A DNA stretch of 64,000 nt from Syntrophales bacterium (GTDB taxonomy: Bacteria; Desulfobacterota; Syntrophia; Syntrophales; UBA2210), in NCBI GenBank assembly GCA_963666365.2, contig CAXXNF010000002.1:832001-896000 (forward strand), read 5' to 3'. The notes under the pieces were generated by a model. That model did not search any database, was not told the DNA's origin, and was given only the letters and a program-made list of their open reading frames with translations. Shown here piece by piece: positions 59,463 to 64,000 of the stretch. The number at the start of each line of letters is the position of its first letter. The stretch's first letter is position 1. A program made the position numbers and the translations under genes.

Positions 59463-61257
59463 GATCTATAACCTCGCTGATGGCCTGTACTTTACAGAGT
59501 TGTTCACATAGAGAGCAGCCGTTGCAGAGTGTGGCATCGATCACTGCAACCCCTTCCTGCTTCTTTGTCTTTTTTTCAATTGCGCATCCGGGCATATCTT
59601 CAAAACGTCTCCAGGAAATGGCGGGACATCCAAGGCCGAGACAGCTCTTGCAGCCTGTACAGTGGTGAGGATCGATGGCAAAGGGCGGCGATGCCTTCGT
59701 CTGTTTTGATTTTAACAGTGCACAGGGTCCTCTGGAAATTACGAGTGAAGGACCATCCTTATCGAGCGCCTTTTTCAGGACAGCTCTTACGTTTTTAAGA
59801 TCGAAAGGATCGACGACTTGTACATCGTCAACACCCAGGGCAGCGGCAAGTCGTTCAAAATCGAGCGCCTTTGCCTCACGCCCCTGAAGTGTGCGTCCTG
59901 TTCCCGGGTGCTCCTGCATACCCGTCATCGCCGTTGTCCTGTTATCGCAGATCACAATCACGGCGTCACTTCTGTTGTATGCCATATTCAGCAACCCCGT
60001 GATGCCCGAGTGAATAAACGTCGAGTCTCCGATAACGCCTACCACCTTTCCCTTTCCTTTTTCCTTGAGCGCTTTGCTCATACCATGGGCCATTCCGATA
60101 CTGGCGCCCATGCAGATGCAGGAGTCCAGTCCCTCCAGAGGTTTCATGAAAGAAAGCGTGTAACATCCTATATCGCCGGTCACAAAGGTCTTCAGTTTTC
60201 CCAATGCATAAAAAAGGCCCCTGTGGGGACAGCCGGGGCATAGATTGGGCGGCCGCATGGGAAGAGCGGGCAGATGCGCTATCTCTCTTTTCGCTGTACT
60301 GCCGGTGATCGATTGTTCCACTATGCCGGGATCGAATTCATTCGTATAGGGAAATATTTCTTTTCCCACAACGTTGATTCCCATCGCTTTGATCTGGTCT
60401 TCCAGGAAGGGATCCAACTCCTCTACCACGTAAATTGTTTCTACTTGGGCGGCAAATTCCCTGATCAGTTTTTCCGGAAGCGGCCAGATCATGGCCAACT
60501 TCAGGAACGAATATTCAGGAAAGGCCTCTTTCGCATAATTGTAGGCCATTCCCGCCGTAATGATGCCCTGTGTCCTGCTGCGCAATTCCACGCGATTCTC
60601 CTCGAAGGTTTCGTTGAAATCACGAAGCCTGCGGGTTCTTTCCTCGAGAACGATTCTTCTTTCACGGGCCTTTGCGGGAACCATGACATATTTGGATCGA
60701 TCATGCCTGATCCCTGTATGATCCTCACAGACAACCGGTTCTTCGAGCGTGGCGACTGATTTGGAATGCGACACACGCGTGGTTGATCTCAGGAATACCG
60801 GCGTATCAAAACTAAGACTGATTTCGAAGGCTTTTTTAATAAATTTTTTGGCTTCATCGCTATCCGCCGGTTCCAGCATCGGAATTTTGGCAAACCGCGC
60901 ATAATTTCGGTTATCCTGCTCATTTTGGGAACTGTGCATCGACGGATCGTCTGCCGATATTACGACCAATGCGCCGTTTGTCCCTGTATAACTGACGGTA
61001 AACAGGGGGTCGGCAGCCACGTTGACACCCACATGTTTCATCACGGCCATTGCCTTTGCGCCAGCCAGTGCGGCACCGATGGCCACCTCCAAGGCGACCT
61101 TTTCATTGGGCGCCCATTCAGCGTATACACCATCGTAGCGTGAATATTCTTCTATAATTTCAGTGCTGGGCGTACCCGGATAGGCAGCGGCAAAGGTAAC
61201 ACCGCACTCATAGGCGCCGCGAGCAATGGCCTCGTTTCCTGACAATAATGCTTTCAT
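59455..61257 (-). CDS. iorA: indolepyruvate:ferredoxin oxidoreductase alpha subunit
   Basis: GNEAIARGA, YPGTPSTE, MKHVGVNVAAD, CPGCPH, GDIGCY, GDSTFIHSG, C-terminal ferredoxin. Confidence 0.95.
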   Translation of the reverse strand: MKALLSGNEAIARGAYECGVTFAAAYPGTPSTEIIEEYSRYDGVYAEWAPNEKVALEVAIGAALAGAKAMAVMKHVGVNVAADPLFTVSYTGTNGALVVISADDPSMHSSQNEQDNRNYARFAKIPMLEPADSDEAKKFIKKAFEISLSFDTPVFLRSTTRVSHSKSVATLEEPVVCEDHTGIRHDRSKYVMVPAKARERRIVLEERTRRLRDFNETFEENRVELRSRTQGIITAGMAYNYAKEAFPEYSFLKLAMIWPLPEKLIREFAAQVETIYVVEELDPFLEDQIKAMGINVVGKEIFPYTNEFDPGIVEQSITGSTAKREIAHLPALPMRPPNLCPGCPHRGLFYALGKLKTFVTGDIGCYTLSFMKPLEGLDSCICMGASIGMAHGMSKALKEKGKGKVVGVIGDSTFIHSGITGLLNMAYNRSDAVIVICDNRTTAMTGMQEHPGTGRTLQGREAKALDFERLAAALGVDDVQVVDPFDLKNVRAVLKKALDKDGPSLVISRGPCALLKSKQTKASPPFAIDPHHCTGCKSCLGLGCPAISWRRFEDMPGCAIEKKTKKQEGVAVIDATLCNGCSLCEQLCKVQAISEVIDHE

Positions 61258-61278
61258 GACTGTAGCTTCAACCTTTCA

Positions 61279-61968
61279 CTAACTGAGATTTGCGATCTTT
61301 TGTTTCATAAGGCCCTGTATAAAAGGATCGACGTCGTCACCGGCCACCTTTTTGTAATATTCAAGAGCCTTTGCAGAATTTCCCATTTTTTCGTATATAC
61401 GACCGGTATTGGCATAATTAATTATTTTAAAATGCGTTCCCAGAGTGTTCTTTTCGGAATTTTCAAAACTCTTCAGCGCCTTTTCATAGTCTTTTTTTGT
61501 TTCGTAACAATACCCCAGGCCATAATAGGCCAATCCTCTTAACATACTCGATTTGTCCGATTTTTCGAGATAGGACCGATAGGCTGCAATTGATTGATCC
61601 ATATCGCCTGCACTGTAATACAGATTTCCCAGATTATAGAACGCGAGGATGGCTGCCTCACTTGAGGGATATTTTTTCACCAATTCCTCATAAAGATCGA
61701 TGGCCTTTTTGATTGATTCACTGTTCTGCTGACCGCTTTGCTCAATTGTATAAGAGCCGTATGCCCGGGCATACATCTCGCCTGCACGGGATTCGTAATG
61801 AAGGCCGTAGAGATACCATCCGAGGACAGCAACAATGATTGCAACGACAATCCCTGAATAAAGATACACTTCCCTGCGGTGGTGTGCCAAAAAATGAATA
61901 AAACGCCAGGACAGCGTGTGAAATTCATCAGGTTGTTTAAGATCTTTTCTGGAAATTCTGTGTGCCAC
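61279..61968 (-). CDS. membrane-anchored TPR protein (YfgM-like)
   Basis: RKDLKQPDEF, one TM, TPR repeats. Confidence 0.8.
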   Translation of the reverse strand: MAHRISRKDLKQPDEFHTLSWRFIHFLAHHRREVYLYSGIVVAIIVAVLGWYLYGLHYESRAGEMYARAYGSYTIEQSGQQNSESIKKAIDLYEELVKKYPSSEAAILAFYNLGNLYYSAGDMDQSIAAYRSYLEKSDKSSMLRGLAYYGLGYCYETKKDYEKALKSFENSEKNTLGTHFKIINYANTGRIYEKMGNSAKALEYYKKVAGDDVDPFIQGLMKQKIANLS

Positions 61969-61971
61969 GTG

Positions 61972-62391
61972 TCACTCTCCTTCCACATTATTGCAATGCT
62001 TCAATTTGTCCATCATCATCTTCGGAATGCGCACCACTTTACCCGTCCCGTTCGTACAGGCGTGCAGGGTGGATCCCCGCACAAGCAGTCGCCGTTTTTT
62101 TTCATCGAAAATTCGATAACCGAACTCGATGCTTGCCCGTTTGACGTCGTGTATCGTTGTCTCCACAATCAAAAGATCGTCATACCGTGCCGGCAGCAGG
62201 TAATGACAACAAATTTTCGTCAGCGGCAGATAGTAAGGAAATGATTCCCCATTTTCGCCAATCACGCCAAGTTCACGGCACAACTCCGTTCTCCCTGCTT
62301 CGAACCACCTGACATAACTTGCGTGATATACGATGCCCATCGCATCAGTGTCGGCATAAATAACCCTAATGCTCACTTCGCCGGTTTTCAA
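61972..62391 (-). CDS. YbgC/FadM-family acyl-CoA thioesterase
   Basis: RVIYADTDAMGIVYHASYVRWFEAGR, PARYDD. Confidence 0.92.
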   Translation of the reverse strand: MKTGEVSIRVIYADTDAMGIVYHASYVRWFEAGRTELCRELGVIGENGESFPYYLPLTKICCHYLLPARYDDLLIVETTIHDVKRASIEFGYRIFDEKKRRLLVRGSTLHACTNGTGKVVRIPKMMMDKLKHCNNVEGE

Positions 62392-63607
62392 TAAAATTCC
62401 CCCAGCTCTTAATGAAGTATTCCATTAGCAAATAGCCTGGAGATACTGTAATTCCAGACTTATTTGCACTTGTTTCCCCGAACGGACATCGCTGCCTCAG
62501 ATTCTCCTGCTCACGGGACGAGAACACGGCAAAGGGACTCGGGTCCGCCACGTGGGTTTTCATACTTACCGGCGTTGGGTGATCGCTCAGCACCATGATT
62601 CTGAATTCACCCAGTTTCCGCAATCCCTTTAACACGGTATCAACTACATCACTATCAAAATATTCTATCGCCTGAATTTTTCTTTTGTAATCACCCTCAT
62701 GTCCCATTTCGTCAGGGGCCTCCACATGGAGGAATACAAAATCCCCTTTCTCAAGGTATTGCAATGCGCGCTCTGCTTTCCCCCGGTAGTTCGTATCCAG
62801 GTATCCGGTGGCCCCTTCTACTTCAAGCGGTTCAAGGCCCGCATAGACACCAATGCCTTTCAGCAGGTCAACCGCCGATATAACGGCGCCCCGAATGTGG
62901 TAGCGATCGGTAAGGGGTGCAATGTGAGGGGCGCCGCCCTCACCCCAGAGCCAAATTGATGTTGCCGGTTTTTTCCCCTCAAGAATCCTCTGCCTGTTTA
63001 CAGGGTGGTCGACCAGTACGTTTCGGGACTGCACCATAAGTTCTTTTATGTATCCGGCGCCCTCCCCCCGTGGAAGAAAGGGATCAACCTCTTGACCCAC
63101 AATATCGTGGGGGGGAGTGGTATTCAGCGAAAGAGGGGCGCCGCTCCATACCATAAGGTGCCGATAGCCCACACCGGGGTAAAAGGCAATATGGGGTGCG
63201 CCCAATTCCCTGTTAAGATCGCCAATGAGTGACCTCGCTTCCTCGGAGGATATGTGACCGGCGGTAAAATCATCCATGCGATCCGAGCCGACATTGGCAG
63301 TACCGAGTGTAACCAGATTACAGCGAAAGGCGACATCGCGAGACGCCAGGGCAACCCCCATGCTGGCCGCTTCGAGCGGTCCGCGGCCGGAATGGGCTTC
63401 CAGAGGGTCATATCCCAAGACAGAGAGATTCGCCACATCGCTTCCCGGTGTAAACCCTGCGGGGATGGTATCGATACGCCCGATTGTCCCTTCTCCTGCA
63501 ATGAGATCCATTGCAGGAGTACGGGCCGCTTCAATGACCGTTTTCCCGCTGAGTTCATCGATGGGATAGTCTGCCATTCCATCGCCGAGAAGAATCACAT
63601 ATTTCAT
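62366..63607 (-). CDS. apgM: cofactor-independent phosphoglycerate mutase (ApgM family)
   Basis: GDGMAD, PGSDVAN, GRGPLEAA, HVEAPDEMGH, SDHPTP. Confidence 0.88.
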   Translation of the reverse strand: MKYVILLGDGMADYPIDELSGKTVIEAARTPAMDLIAGEGTIGRIDTIPAGFTPGSDVANLSVLGYDPLEAHSGRGPLEAASMGVALASRDVAFRCNLVTLGTANVGSDRMDDFTAGHISSEEARSLIGDLNRELGAPHIAFYPGVGYRHLMVWSGAPLSLNTTPPHDIVGQEVDPFLPRGEGAGYIKELMVQSRNVLVDHPVNRQRILEGKKPATSIWLWGEGGAPHIAPLTDRYHIRGAVISAVDLLKGIGVYAGLEPLEVEGATGYLDTNYRGKAERALQYLEKGDFVFLHVEAPDEMGHEGDYKRKIQAIEYFDSDVVDTVLKGLRKLGEFRIMVLSDHPTPVSMKTHVADPSPFAVFSSREQENLRQRCPFGETSANKSGITVSPGYLLMEYFIKSWGNFIENRRSEH

Positions 63608-64000
63608 TGCGCCCTCTCATCCTCTATTCTGATTAAGACCGTTTTATCCTGCACGATATCTAATGTATCAATTTCGCACAGCGCCTCACGCACATCTTTT
63701 TCTCTCGATTCATGGGTGGTCATTACCACGGGAACGGCCCCTTCGTCTCTTCTGCCCTTCTGAATGACCGACGCAATGCTGATGGAATATTTGCCCAGTA
63801 TGCCGGATATTCTCGACAGCACGCCGGGTCTGTCGAGCGCCGAAAATCTGAAATAGTACTTCGTATGCACATCATCCATGGGAAGCAGTGCAATGTCGTC
63901 GATTTGATCCTTCTTATAGGCGCGAAGGGGCACCCTGCGCCATACCTTCTTTTCCATATCCCTTGCAATATCAATAATATCGCTCACCACCGCGCTTGCG
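63604..64000 (-). CDS. hom: homoserine dehydrogenase, C-terminal part with ACT domain (runs off the right edge)
   Basis: ASAVVSDIIDIAR, YYFRFSALDRPGVLSRISGILG...ISIASVIQ, VVMTTH. Confidence 0.88.
   Translation of the reverse strand, partial: ASAVVSDIIDIARDMEKKVWRRVPLRAYKKDQIDDIALLPMDDVHTKYYFRFSALDRPGVLSRISGILGKYSISIASVIQKGRRDEGAVPVVMTTHESREKDVREALCEIDTLDIVQDKTVLIRIEDERAQ

Overview
This 64-kb window is gene-dense bacterial chromosome. The gene content (PilS-like kinase, IorAB, ADP-forming acyl-CoA ligase, glycyl-radical enzymes) suggests an anaerobe of deltaproteobacterial/Syntrophales type, which is an inference. Housekeeping genes sit at both ends: pilS-like, comEC, hisS, aspS, a UvrD-family helicase and adk on the left; a DnaJ-class protein, iorAB, apgM and hom on the right. 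Three accessory blocks lie between them. (1) A catabolic island (10.7-31 kb): a CUT1-type ABC transporter, Fe-alcohol dehydrogenase, GabT-like aminotransferase, M20 deacylase, NCS2 permease, one activase with two tandem uncharacterised glycyl-radical enzymes, and an acyl-CoA ligase with a highly structured, attenuator-like leader. (2) A Wzx/Wzy exopolysaccharide locus (31.7-47 kb) whose Wzc kinase carries an extra C-terminal TM and SPOR-like domain. (3) The best candidate for an undescribed system (48.6-54 kb), a tightly coupled RiPP-like operon. It encodes a PqqD/RRE protein, an 86-aa Cys-free precursor with a YxxP leader and five imperfect 11-residue Thr/Ser/Gln/Val repeats, two paralogous radical SAM enzymes, an HPr-kinase-like kinase, a soluble Ser/His S26-type peptidase, a Tat-signal MraZ-like protein and a nucleotidyltransferase. 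No rRNA, tRNA, CRISPR array or transposase was seen. All calls come from motif reading only; no database search was run.
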